In this document: piece after piece, positions 12,698-24,709 of the stretch
Layout: each line of letters opens with the position of its first letter
Position numbering within the stretch: the stretch's first letter is position 1
From: Spirogloea muscicola
Lineage: Eukaryota
Assembly: GCA_009602725.1 (NCBI GenBank)
Contig: WELB01000025.1
Span: 760,604 to 817,363 of the forward strand
Direction of reading: 5' to 3'
DNA: 56,760 bases
Notes under the pieces: model-generated
The model's input: the letters and a program-made list of their open reading frames with translations, nothing else
What the model was told of the DNA's origin: nothing
Databases searched by the model: none
Made by a program: the position numbers and the translations under genes

Positions 12698-15411
12698 TCA
12701 CCTCCTGTCATACCCATAATCCTGGAGCAGCTTCTCATCCTGCCTCCACTTCTCCTGCACCTTCACGTGTAACTGCACATTCCATCAATCCAGCACTCTG
12801 CTGTCAAGGAGCAGCACGCCCAGAAATCGAGCACAAGGCATTGTGTTACATGCTGTCGTCTTGCTTAGTCAATTCAGTGATCAGACCTCGAGGAAGACAG
12901 GCTTGCCAACAAAGTCCTCGATGTCCAGGCGGGCTGCAGTTGCCAACGTCTTCAGGGACAGGCCACCCTGAGGAGAAAGTCGGAGCAATACAGACTGAGA
13001 ACTTAGCGTTTTGACAATCAAAACACCACATGAAAGAGTAAGGACATAGGGTACATACTACCCGCCGGCCCTCAGGCGCCCGGACTGCTGCTTGATGCAC
13101 GCCATCTGCAGTTTTTAATCAACACAAGCTCACCTTTCCAAGCAAAATCCCCTTCTGGCTCTCCCTCTCGACGATGATGTCGAGCTCAATGAAGTCCTTG
13201 ACGCCCTCCTTGCGCTCCACGTAGGTAAGCACGTTGACCTGCAGAGCCACTCCAGCAAGTCAAGCACAGAACTAAAATTAAAACGCCATGTTCTTAGGCC
13301 AATCTCTTCACCACAAGCTGTATAACTGTATCTTGTGCAGCCCCATCATGGTAAAAGCAAGTGGGAAGCAAACGGAAACGGATTTGATGAGACTATGCTG
13401 CTCAATTACCTGGCAGGCATACGGCACCTCCTGCTGATACTGCAAGAAAATTTTCTCCCTCACAATCTCAGCTACGAAGAAACGTTCCGGGTGCTCGCTC
13501 ACAATATCCTGATTGAAAGCAGTCATGTGCGTGCGTAAGCGCACACATAAATCATCAGATGCGGAAGTCGGACCAACCAGAACTAGCTCATCTCCCGACT
13601 CAAGTGAGATTGATGGTATATCTTTCACTGTTCTGGACTTGTTCAAATGTACCCCAAGTTACAAGAAAGTGCAGGACGGTGTGCTTTATTTCCACTGGAT
13701 GTAGGGTGATCTGGCTGCTACTTTCCTTACAACCATATACAAATGCAGTCTGGCTGCACTATACTGACACGTGAGGGAGACCTTACCTTAGGGTAAAGGG
13801 CAGGGCCCAGGGGGAGCTTCGAGACAACCCACTCTTTGAGCTCCTCCATGCCCTGCCCCTGCCTTGCGCTAATCGCAATGACCTCATTCGCTCCACTGTG
13901 CTCCCTGTACCACTGACGCACCTCGCAAAAGAGCTTTCATTTCTTTGGAAGTCCACATGCATTGGTCAACATCTGAGGGGATCAGATCCAGGGTTTGCTT
14001 AAAGTGCCATGCAAGGATGTCACGAAGGAGATAGATTGCATTTGGGACCAATTTCTTTCAGCCAAACATAGTGAAAGCAGGTTAGCCAGACATGCTTGAT
14101 AATATTATAACCCAGGAGGCTGATCGGCAGCCAGCATCCTTACTGCCAGCTTCTTGGCCAGCTCGCCGGGCTTGATGAGGTCCCTCTTGTTAAGCACAAT
14201 CAGGACGGGTTTTCGCCGCGCTGTTGCGAGGAACTCCTCATCGAGCATATCAATGCTTGCCTGCACTCCAACTCATTCGATCATGCAGCTGTAGCTGACC
14301 TGAAATATAGAGTCGTTCTTTGAGTACATAGTCCTTTCAGCAAGTACAAATGGCTGCAAGAACACCACCTCTTACAAAGTGCCACTTATGGAGGTCACAA
14401 ATTCCCAGACAAGGGGTTCATCAACAAGTAGACAAGCTAGAGGAGGGCAAGGTATGTACATGCTCCATGTGCATGCAAACATCCACAAGGAACAGCACGC
14501 AGTCCGCATTGACAGCGGCGCTGCGCACGTTGGACATCATCATCTCGTCCAGCATGTGCATTTGCTTGGCCATGACGCCTGGTGTATCATACAGCACCAT
14601 CTGCGCACATCACTGCTGCGCACCCTGAGCATTGGCACACTGAGCATCGCACTGTCTGGCTCAGAATGAGCAGCCACGTTCTTGTGCTGAGCAGCTGAAA
14701 GCTTGTTACTAACGTATGCGCTACATACGCTATGCATAAGGAAGTCGCTGCGTAACAATTACTACTAGTTACTGGCAGGAAAGTCCATAATACCCACTGC
14801 TAGTCTTTGAGAGCTGAGGTGCAATAGATAGTGACCTGGTACTTGGCATCGGAGCAGATGCCGAGGATGCGGTGCCGCGTCGTCTGCGGCTTCTTGGTTA
14901 CAATGGACAGCTTCTGGCCGATGAGCTGGTTGAGCAGCGTGCTCTTGCCCACGTTGGGCCGCCCCACGAGCGCCACATACCCTGCGCCGCGGCCGCCGCC
15001 GCTGGCCCTTGTGGGTCGACGGCCTCGCCCACGACGCTGCCACAGATGGCCTCGGACGTCGTGCTCGCGCCACTGGGAAGCGGCGGCGAGAAGCTAAGGA
15101 GTAGCCACTGCGGCTCAGTCACGCGGCCAGAGCTGAGTGCTAGGGCATGACGGCGCACCGGCGCGATGGCCGGGGGGGCACTCTGGCAAGCCGCCGCCGC
15201 CGTGGGAGCCCCAGGGGTCGTCGCGGCGCGCCTCCGGCGGCGGCGCCGGGGGCNNNNNNNNNNNNNNNNNNNNNNNNNNNNNNNNNNNNNNNNNNNNNNN
15301 NNNNNNNNNNNNNNNNNNNNNNGCGCCGCTTCTGCCGCGAGCGGAGGTGGCGGCGGCGGGTCGCCAGGGCGGCAGTGGCGGCGGCGGCCGCCACAGGCCG
15401 CTGCGCTGCAT
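12698..15411 (-). CDS. ERA: GTPase Era, probably plastid-targeted, with C-terminal KH domain
   Basis: [45 protein letters not shown] (G1/G2), LYDTPG (G3), VLNKRD (G4), ISA (G5), [54 protein letters not shown]. There is an N gap in the transit-peptide exon, and the last exon end is approximate. Confidence 0.93.
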
Positions 15412-15619
15412 GGCTGCGGCGCCTCAGCCTGCCGGCCCCATGGCGGACCCCCGCCGCTCCGCCGCCTCCGCAAAGCAAAGCAAAGCAAGGCCCCGTCCTG
15501 AAACCCTCCCCCCTCACTCCGACCTCCCAAACCCCTACGCTTCAAGCGCCTCTCCTGTCACAGCTCCGCGCTCCCCGGCTTGCCTTCGCGGCGGCGGCGG
15601 CGGCGTCGTCTTCGTCACG

Positions 15620-17603
15620 ATGGTGTGCATACGACAGGCGACGGTGAGTTCTCAGGGCCACGCGCCGTTGCCGCTACCGCCGCCGCCGGCATCGTTGAGT
15701 GCTCGCTGTGATAAGCAGGAGATTGGCAAGACCACGGTTTGCGCTGCAGAGGCGCGCCGTACCTCGTTACGAGCTGACCTCCGCTCCAGCTTATGACTCA
15801 GAGGCCCTGGCTCTGGGGTTGCTGCACCTTGTGACAGCCATGCCTGTGGCTGGGTTTCTGTCCATTTCGCGAACGCAGGTTGAAGACCTGCTTGCGATGC
15901 AGAGCACCAACCTCATGTGCTTGCCGGAGAACTACCAGATGAAGGTGAGGGGTCCCCATCACCCGCCGTCGCCGCTGCCGCCGCCGCCAGCATCGCTGGC
16001 ATCATTGCCGCTGCGCCGCCGCTCTCCAGCTGCGCTAACACAGAAAACTGAGACGTGCTACCCCATTGGGCTCGTGCGCGCTGCAGTACTACTTGTACCA
16101 CATACTGTCCTGGCCGCAGCTACTGTACGTCGCCGAGGACTACAACAAGAAGATCGTCGGCTACGTGCTGGCCAAGATGTGCGGGGCCCGTCTCTCATTG
16201 CCACAGCCAGCCGACATGGCAATTAGCGTCCATGCCCGTGCGGCTCTCAGCAGCACCCTCTGGCCATGTCCAGCCCCTGGCAGGCTCCCTGACGCCTGCC
16301 GAGCCACGGACGCGGCAGGGACGAGGAGTCCGCGGAGCCCCACGGCCACATCACCTCCCTCGCAGTCCTCCGCACCCACCGCAAGCTCGGCCTGGCGACC
16401 AAGCTCATGAGCGCCGCCCGTGAGTCCCTGTCGCCATTGCGTCTGCACCGTGAGCTGGATCACACAGGTCACTGGCTGCAGAAGAGGGCAGGACGGTCCA
16501 CTGCTTTGCCACCTGCCAAACCCCACCTGTTTTGCCTCAGCTGTAATCTTGGTGAAGCTCCTCTAATCGTGCTCACTGCACGGTCTCTTCTCCCATTTGC
16601 CTCAATTGCATAGTCAGTCCCTCTCACTCTACAAGCTTCAGCTCCACCCACGACTGATGGTTGGCACTAGTGTATTCCTGGAAATGTATGTCCAGAGAGT
16701 GCCATGGCGGAGGTCTTTGGGGCTGAGTACGTCTCACTGCATGTGCGCAAGAGCAACCGAGCAGCCTTCCACTTGTACACCGAGACCCTTGGATACAAGT
16801 AGGTCCTGCTGAAAGTCACTCCGGTGCTATCTCATACTTCAGAAGTATATCATCTGAAGGAGTCACTCTCAGAGCAGCTCATTGACATGGCTGATCTAGC
16901 CTTGCACCAGCTTCCTATGTCGTCGCAACATTCATCTGATCGCTGCTCTGTTGGTTCTAATGCCTCTGATTTCCTGGATCTTGCAAAAGGATACATGACA
17001 TTGAGGCCAAGTATTATGCCGACAATGAGGATGCATATGACATGCGGAAAATGCTAAAAGTCAAGCCAGAGAAGCCAGCCGGTATGACAACCTGTCAGCA
17101 TGAAAGTGCTGTGTCAGATGTATTGATACTGTAGTTGTTGATGTCTGTGTCATGAGCTTTGCAGATGTGTTTCCATGACTGCAGCGTGCTCTGCTTGATT
17201 GGTATCTTCAATTTTCTGAGATGCGACTGACCGTGGCATTGCAGCATCAGGAAGTGATCTTGCTCATCGTCTGACCTCTGCAGGCGAGTCAAAGTTTGAC
17301 AAGAAGGAGAAAGACTCAAGGATTTCCAGCAAGACGACCACTGCTACTGCCACGAGCAATGAGGTCCAGGTAGAAGCGAAGGCAGAGGTTGACAGAGAAG
17401 CTAGCGGAGAGAGTGTGCAAGAACACAGTGCGGAAAAGGATCTGAACGAGGGCGAGGACAGTGCAGTCAACGGGCCGTCCACGCCTCCAAGGGCCGAGGA
17501 AAGAGACAGCAAGCAGAACGGTGATGCTGGTCAAGGCGGCGCAGCTGGCATAGACACGAGCTTGCAAGAGCCGCTAGATACAGACAAAGGACTGGCCAGC
17601 TGA
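15620..17603 (+). CDS. NAA10: N-terminal acetyltransferase A catalytic subunit (NAA10/ARD1)
   Basis: [124 protein letters not shown], then an acidic tail ending at TGA 17601-17603. Confidence 0.96.
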
Positions 17604-17907
17604 GGCAGCTGACTGCCGCATTTTAGCAAGCTATGAATGTACTGTGACAAGCCATTATTGAAAGGTTTGGGCGGGCCCTTGATGTGCCTTGTTGATCTGT
17701 TTGCTTATTCTGGGGGCAATCTTGTCAAGGCCAATGGCCAGGAGTTACAGCATCATTTATTTCACACTGTTTGCGGCGTCCTGTCACCCTGAAGCTTTTA
17801 GCTGCAAATCACCAAATTTCTCGCAGCCCCTAACGGCAGCTTTCTAGCAGGTGCAGTACCTTGGTCTGGGGTTGGTTTTGGGGATCAGGATTTACTACCG
17901 AGGCCCC

Positions 17908-20241
17908 CTATGGCAACAGGCCTACTGCGCTGGGTGCACGAGGCCGAGGAGGGCACACCACGTAGACGTTGTCTATAGGCTGGCAGGTGTTTACGAAAAA
18001 GATCGTTCCCAGTGGACAGTTGACGTGTCCAATGTCCGCGCCGTCGACGCATATGCAGTAGGATCGGCATGTTATGTCAGCCGTGTTGGTGTAGAATCCG
18101 TAGCCGCCATCGCCCCCTGCCTCACAACAGGTGCTGCCAGCCGGTGCCGGCAATGTATTGCACTGCAAAAGGTGAACATTTTTGTTTTAATATTAATCCT
18201 CTCGAGCATTTGCAGCGCGATGTTTCACATGGGCCATACTTTCTGTGTTTGCAATCATTCAGGCAAGCTTTCAAGAATAAGGTCCACATACATCTTCAAG
18301 AAGAGGAGGCAAACGAAGCAGATCAGCCTGTGTGACACAAAGTGTAGACGAAGTCAAGCTTATGGTGTGGCACCTTCCAATTGGGTGGAGAAGGTGGAGG
18401 CGGCGGCCTGACAGTGGGAGGTGGTGACGGTGGGGACGGCGGCGGCGACGGTGGTATGGGCATCTTTTGCACCTCACAGGCTCCTATAAAAGGATCAAAG
18501 AGCAGCTGCACAAGGAATTTCCTGGAGTTCACGCCAAGCAGATTGTACTCGTATGCCCCTCCAACTGTGCCGCCAGTGAAATCCGCCTTTGGTGGCACTG
18601 AAGGTGGCACAGCAGTGCTGAATTGCCAGATGCACAGATCCCCAACTTCTTCTTCAGGCCCGTCAGTCCACCCGGAGCCGTCTACGGGGTCTGTCACAGA
18701 TTCTGCGAGCTGCCAGGCAGCAGTCCGTAGTAGCGGGTGAACAAACACTCACACGCTGGTGCAGCATCTCCACACTTCTCGCAGGTATGACATGGCTCTT
18801 ACCTCGTGACCGATAACGCTGATCATGCCATCGACGCCAACGTTGCCATTGGGCGACGCCTGGAAGCCTCCCAAGATTGAGCCGATGCAAGCATCTGGGC
18901 ACTGGGTCGCAGCGTTCCCAATGAAAGCCATCTTTATCGCCAGAGTCTCGCCCGCAAAGCCTGCCAGCTGCTTGGCAGCTTTGGCGTCAACGATGGTGCT
19001 GATGTACTGGAAATAGCTTTTCACAGGCTTTGCGAGGGTCGAGATGTAGTAGAACACGTCATGCCAGCCGCAGTAGTTGGTACAGAACCCCGAGGTCTCC
19101 ATGACATCCTCGCTCCCAAGCACAAGGTACACGGCAGAGGTGTCCAGCGGAAGCTTGCCTTGTATGATCTGCCCCGCGATTATCCTATAATTCAATAGCA
19201 ACGCGGGCCAAACGGCCTAGTCAACGTTCTGGAGGAGCAAGCAGTGCAGGCTTTTGTGTGCACACGAGCAAGATCAGCACAGCGTGCAAGTGGTCTGGGA
19301 GGATGGCGCATCATTCAACAAGAGAGCAAGCTTGCACCTGCTCGTGTTCTGCTAGAGTGTTGTTCTGATCTGATGCTAGAAACTTCCTATCAACAGCTGG
19401 GAGAAAACCAGCACTTTGTTCAGATCGGCGCAACTTCTCACCTGAACACCTGAGTATCTAAAATTTGTGTTCCATAGCTGTAAGAATCCACTGCTTCCCC
19501 CTTCAAAGCGACGTGGCCATTGACGTGGTTGCCAAGGCTGTCGTAGAACCTGCACAGGACCTTAAAGGCAGGTAAAAAGAATGCACAGTAGTCTAAACCT
19601 GCTGCAGCACATACAAATGCACTGTATGTTACACTTAAAGAGCAGGAGTCACATATAAAGCTGGTGCAAACGACTTGCCTTGTGAGGATGCTCCACCAGC
19701 CGGCTACAGTGGGCAGGCTAGAGAAGTTGCTGCTGCTGTTTAAGGACGTGATGAAGTCCCGCACAATCTGCTTTGCCGGCTCAGCTGACCAGTTCCCGTA
19801 CCACAAAATGTAGACGTTAAGGGGGCCATAGACGATGGGCCCTCCGTTGTAGAAGAGCCCATGGGTCTTATGGGCAGGTGATTGCGAGATAGCCGGTGAA
19901 GGTGCAAACGAGCTGCTCAGCGTGGCGGCAGCAGCAGCTGGCAGAAGGCTGGCGCTCTGGCGCTGCACTGGCAGGTAGACCGGGCTGATGCGCTTTGCGG
20001 CGGCGGCGAGTAGGCATGATCTGGCCATGACGAGCAGGAGGACCACCAGCACGTTGTGAGCTGCCGAGAGATGCAAGCGCTGCTCTCGGGGCCGTCTTTG
20101 TGACCCTGTCCTTGCAGCATCCCGTGTGGACACGCCTCCTGGTTGGACAATTGCTCGAGCCGCCTCGACGACCCTGGCCCTTGTAGTGGGCTCACACTCG
20201 GTGCACTGCGAGAAGCAGCGGCAAGTGTAGACGTTGTCCAT
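17908..20241 (-). CDS. EXORDIUM/Phi-1-like protein + Pro-rich linker + Cys-rich CBM14-like (peritrophin-A) domain, copy 1
   Basis: Hydrophobic N-terminal segment (VLVVLLLVMARSCLLAAAA); Phi-1 motifs LFYNGGPIV, VYILWYGNW, GWWSIL, DSYSYG, FCTNYCGWH, MAFIGNAATQCPDAC, SPNGNVGVDGMISVIGHELAESVTDP, EVGDLC, RKFLVQLLFDP; SPPP linker; last exon 17908-18162 CNT..CC..GFY..DITCRSYCICVDG..CPLGTIF..C..C. The start codon is uncertain. Confidence 0.88.
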
Positions 20242-20825
20242 TGGTGCGTAGCAGACGAGTGACAAAGCTGCTCTCTGTTGGCAGCTTCACCGCAGGCTTT
20301 CTCTATCGTTGAGATGCCCGTCGCCCGCCATCATACTCAATGGGCATTGCAGCTCTGGACGCAGGGCGTGGCATGCTGCCGATGTCCGACACGCCTGTCG
20401 CTGTGGACCGTGTCGAGCAACAAGCACGGCTGGTGCCCTTTCAGTCAAGCAGCGTTCTCGAGAGGCAGCTGGAATGGCCAGGGGAGGCTGCTGGCGGCAG
20501 CTTGCGGTGCGGACTTGCGCAGCTGCAGGCCGTTGTGGTAGACGCGGGGCCTGAAGAGAAGGCCGGGAGGGAGGGCGGGCGAGGAGAGGTTGATTTGGGT
20601 TCTCTGGAGGCAGATCCGCAGCTCCGCAACTTCCTCTGGCTGCCGCCCGGGGAGCCTTCCTCGGCTAGGCCCGGGAAGGCGCGGCATGGCAACCGCCTGC
20701 TGGCCAGGCCGGCTCTAATTTGGGCCAGCTCTGACCAGGAAGGGGGGGGGGGGGGGGNNNNNNNNNNNNNNNNNNNNNNNNNNNNNNNNNNNNNNNNNNN
20801 NNNNNNNNNNNNNNNNNNNNNNNNT

Positions 20826-20827
<2 letters not shown>

Positions 20828-20917
<90 letters not shown>
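20828..20917. repeat. (CT)n/(GA)n microsatellite next to an N gap
   Basis: About 90 bp of uninterrupted CT dinucleotide between the divergent EXO copies 1 and 2. Confidence 0.95.
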
Positions 20918-20921
<4 letters not shown>

Positions 20922-21348
20922 TCCCCCGACAACTCTCCCCATCCCTCCCTCCCACTCTCCCCCCTCTCTCTTCCCCCCAAACATCTCTCTCCCTCTCGCC
21001 ATCTCCTTCCCCCGCCTCGCCAACCGCCCGGGGGGCCCGCCTGCAGTTATTGAATCGACGGCCGGGGCCGGCGATGCGGCGCATCCGACGGCAGTAGGGA
21101 GCCCCGCGCCGTCGGTCCGGCTGCCCAGCCCGCCGCCGCCCCCCAGGCAGCCCGACCGCCGGGGCAGTAAGTCCCCCCCCGCCCTCCCGCCGGCGGGCCG
21201 CCTTGGCCGCCATGGCCGTCCCCCCCGCCGCGCCGGTGCCGCGCCGCCGGGGTTTGAACCCGTGTCGTCTAAGTCACACTCTCTCCGCCCCCCCAGCTGC
21301 CTGCCGCGCTCCGCCGGCCTGCCCGCCGGAGCGCCTACCCCGCCCTCC

Positions 21349-23693
21349 ATGGCCGGCGTGCTGGCCGCCCTGCTCGCCCTGCTGGCCCGGCTCAGCCTGC
21401 CCGTCGCGCAGGCAGCTGACGTTGCCGTCGTCACGGGCTCCAACGACTACGAGCTGCAGTGGCCGTACTCGGTGGGCATCGACTTCCTCGGGGGCCCCGT
21501 CATCACGGTCGACTCCCCCGTCTACCTCTACTTCTACGGCAACTGGCCACGGTTCGGCGACCGCTGGCTCGTCAGCGCCTTCATCCAATCGCTTCAGAAG
21601 AAGCATGCCATGGGCAAGTTCAAGAGTGTGTACAACTGGTGGCAAATCGCAACAAGGTCAGTTCCACTTGTACATGTGCTTCATTGCCTATAACAGCCTC
21701 TGACCACTGTGGCTCCCTTGGTAATGTACTGTGGCTCCCTTGGTAATGTATGATAAATCACTTCTCTAAAATTGTCCCTTCGAGCTTCTGTTGACAACCT
21801 GCTTGCAGTCTGCTTGTGTAGGTGGTATGACGTGAGCTTGTAGCAGCCTCCATCTCAGAACCTTGCTTTCCTAATGCTTTGCTTGATAGTCCATGCCTAT
21901 TCAGCTGTATCAGTATATTTTCCATTTGTTGACAGTGCCCTTGCTCTTGCCTACCGCGTTTTGCTGGTACAAGAAAGCCCTCAGGTTAAAAAATAATTCG
22001 TCTCATACCTTGACCAGGCAGCACAGAAGAGCTAGCAAGTCCAACTTCATCTGCATGTCTCTTTGTAGGTACGAAGACATATACGGGCTCAATGTGAATT
22101 CTCAGCTGTTCTTAGGCAGGCAAATCGTTGATCGATACTCAGTTGGCCATGGTCCACTCACTCAGCAAGACCTGTACAATGCTCTAATAGCCAAGTTTGA
22201 CAGTGGCCACTTTCCATTTGAGCTGGGAGCATTCTACGTTGTAATGACCAGGTAAGAGGTGCGAGGCATCTCTCACCCTCTGCTTCTGTTTCACAAGACT
22301 CTTAGAGCAGCTCATCATAGTTTGAATAGGGAGGTCAGAAGATGGAACTGTCCTCTCTGTGACTGCCACTTTCCATATGCATGCACCTTTCTGGGAAAAA
22401 TATAGGACACACACTGAACATCTTCAGTTGGGTCCTTTTACCTCCGTGCAGTCCAGATATAGAAGTGGATAATCTGTGCACAACCTGCGGAGGCCACTTC
22501 CTTGGAACATATATTAACGTAACTGATAATAACTACTACGGAGTTGAGTTTATTAATGTCGGCCTTGGCTCTCCATCCTGCCGAGGGGCATGCATACCCA
22601 ACACAACAGCCTCCGGGTCGCCTAGGATTGTGACGACCAGCGCACGTGGCAATCCAGCGCTGGATGCCATGATTGGCAGATTGAGCCAGCTCCTCGTTCA
22701 AACGGCAACTGACCCGTTAGTAGGTCAGAGTTGGGGTAAGTATGGGCCCTCAGGCTTCGAGGGAGTCGCAGACTTGTGTAATGGGATCTACAGTGGCCCT
22801 TCAAGCTCAATTGATGTCAAAGTTGGCGTCAACAGCTGGGGGACCTTTAATTACAATTTAGTTGGAGCCTACTCAAGGCTCTTCCTTCTGCCAGCACTTT
22901 GGGATCCCCTTCTGGGTTCCTGCCAAATTCAGGTACCGAAATTTTGCAATTTGACCCCTCAGTCAGCTGAGTGTGCAGGGACTGTTTACTAGTGCGGTAA
23001 GGACTGCTAGAGAGCACCGATTTCGATGGTAAAATTATCTGATTTTCTGTCTGTGCAGGCATTGACACCTCCTGGACACCCTCCTCCATCCCCGCCACCT
23101 CCACCAACTCCTCCACCTCCTCCATCACCTCCCAACTTCCAGGTAATGTTTTGTCCAATACCTTGCCAATATTTATGACATTGCCCAATTAAAGCTCTTC
23201 CTCCTCGCCTCATCACTAGATGGCAGGAGAAGGTCCACTTTCCGTAAATTCTGGAACACTGGTCCTTCTATATTCCAATCCTGGCCGCAAAGGTCGTTGT
23301 CAGATTGTTTTGTTCTCTTGCAATTGAAATTATCTCACTGGCAGGGTCATAGACCACCTCTTTGTTCACTTGGACTCCACATTGTCTTCTTGGTAGAGGC
23401 CCTTTTCTCTCCATGTGAGTCGTGGCATGATACTCCCGACAAACTTTCTGTGGGTGCAGTGCTTTGGTTCTCCTGCCCTACCTGGCAGTGAGTGTTGCTC
23501 CCCATACCCAGGTTACAGTGGCTTTGTGCCAGACTACTCCGACTCTTCTTGTAGGACCTTCTGTACATGTATCAATGGCACTGACATTGATCACGTGCAA
23601 TGTCCTTTAGGAACCACTTTTGACACACTAATAGGTGCTTGCAATCCACTCGATGGTATTGTCAACACTTGTCCTAGACAATATGGCTATTGA
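21349..23693 (+). CDS. EXORDIUM/Phi-1-like protein + Pro-rich linker + Cys-rich CBM14-like domain, copy 2
   Basis: Signal peptide MAGVLAALLALLARLSLPVAQA; IDFLGGPVI, VYLYFYGNW, YNWWQIATR|YED, DRYSVG, LCTTCGGH, GNPALDAMIGRLSQLLVQTATDP, VADLCNGIY, RLFLLPALWDP; exon 23059-23142 Pro-rich; last exon 23460-23693 CFG..CC..GFVPD..SCRTFCTCING..CPLGTTFD..C..CP. Confidence 0.88.
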
Positions 23694-24709
23694 ATTCTCA
23701 GACTTCTACGCTACTATGACTCTATGTTTGCCAACTATGACATGCTTGTTGATATTCCGGGCTTGTAGCTTCTCAGACCAGAAATGCATATTGCTCGTGC
23801 CGTGCACAACATGCCGGGTCTGGCTGGTGGGTTAATCATGAAAAGAGCCAAGAGAAATGCTGCAGCAGGAGGGCGCGCCAGAGAACCCATGCTTGATGCT
23901 GATGATCACCGAGTGGAAAACAAAGCGACCTTGTAGGTTCCGAAAGAGCTGGGCTCTCGGAAATGGCAGAGCCCGTGGAGCCGAGCCACTCTGTCAGCCG
24001 GACAGGAGCCCCGCTGGTTGGTGCGGGCTGGTCTGCACGAGGCAAAGCCTGTCTGAGGGTCTGAATGGCCAAGTATGAGGGCAAACACATTCACGGATGT
24101 CCACCACCTGCTACTAAGCAGTAGTCAGCAGGAACATGTCTTTCATCGAGACCCGAACACCAATCCGCATACCCAAGGGTGGGCGGGTGAGCGACAGAGC
24201 GAGTGCGGCGGTACACGCGCCGAGGTGGAATTGAGTAACAAGTGATGGGAGGCCTGCGTGGCTGAGCACATCCACAGCTGCACATAACCTGCTACGAAGC
24301 CGACCCGCTCAGTGACCACGGGGTCAGGAAGCAAGCGCGGCCAGATTAACTGGATAGTGGAGGTCGCCGTCGATGTGTCCGATGTCGGGAGGAGGCAACG
24401 GGCGGGGCACGCACGAGGAAGGCGGTGCACTTGGAATGGAGCCAATTGGAGCCTATGCACTGTTCCGGCAAAAGCTAGTGCAAAACGTGGGGCTACATAA
24501 ATAGGAGATGGCGCGCGGATAATGGAGGCCAAATTTGCCAATACACTGTTCAGGCAAAAAGCTGGTGCCAGGAGTGGGGCCCACATAAAAGTGGGGCCTC
24601 AAAGTAACAGTGTGACGTCAGTGCCCTCGAGTGAGCACGTATGAACATTTTCGACAGGCTAACTCGGGGAGCCGGAGCACTGCCACGAAAGTAAGCTCAA
24701 ACAAACGGG

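Noticed and set aside
21246..21266. B-box/T-arm-like GGGTTCAAACCCC on the minus strand
   Set aside because: It has no A box, anticodon arm or acceptor stem.
21706..21749. Short tandem duplications (22-bp x2 here; also near 2435, 9527, 29376, 32905)
   Set aside because: These look like ordinary slippage duplications in introns or UTRs with no sign of function.
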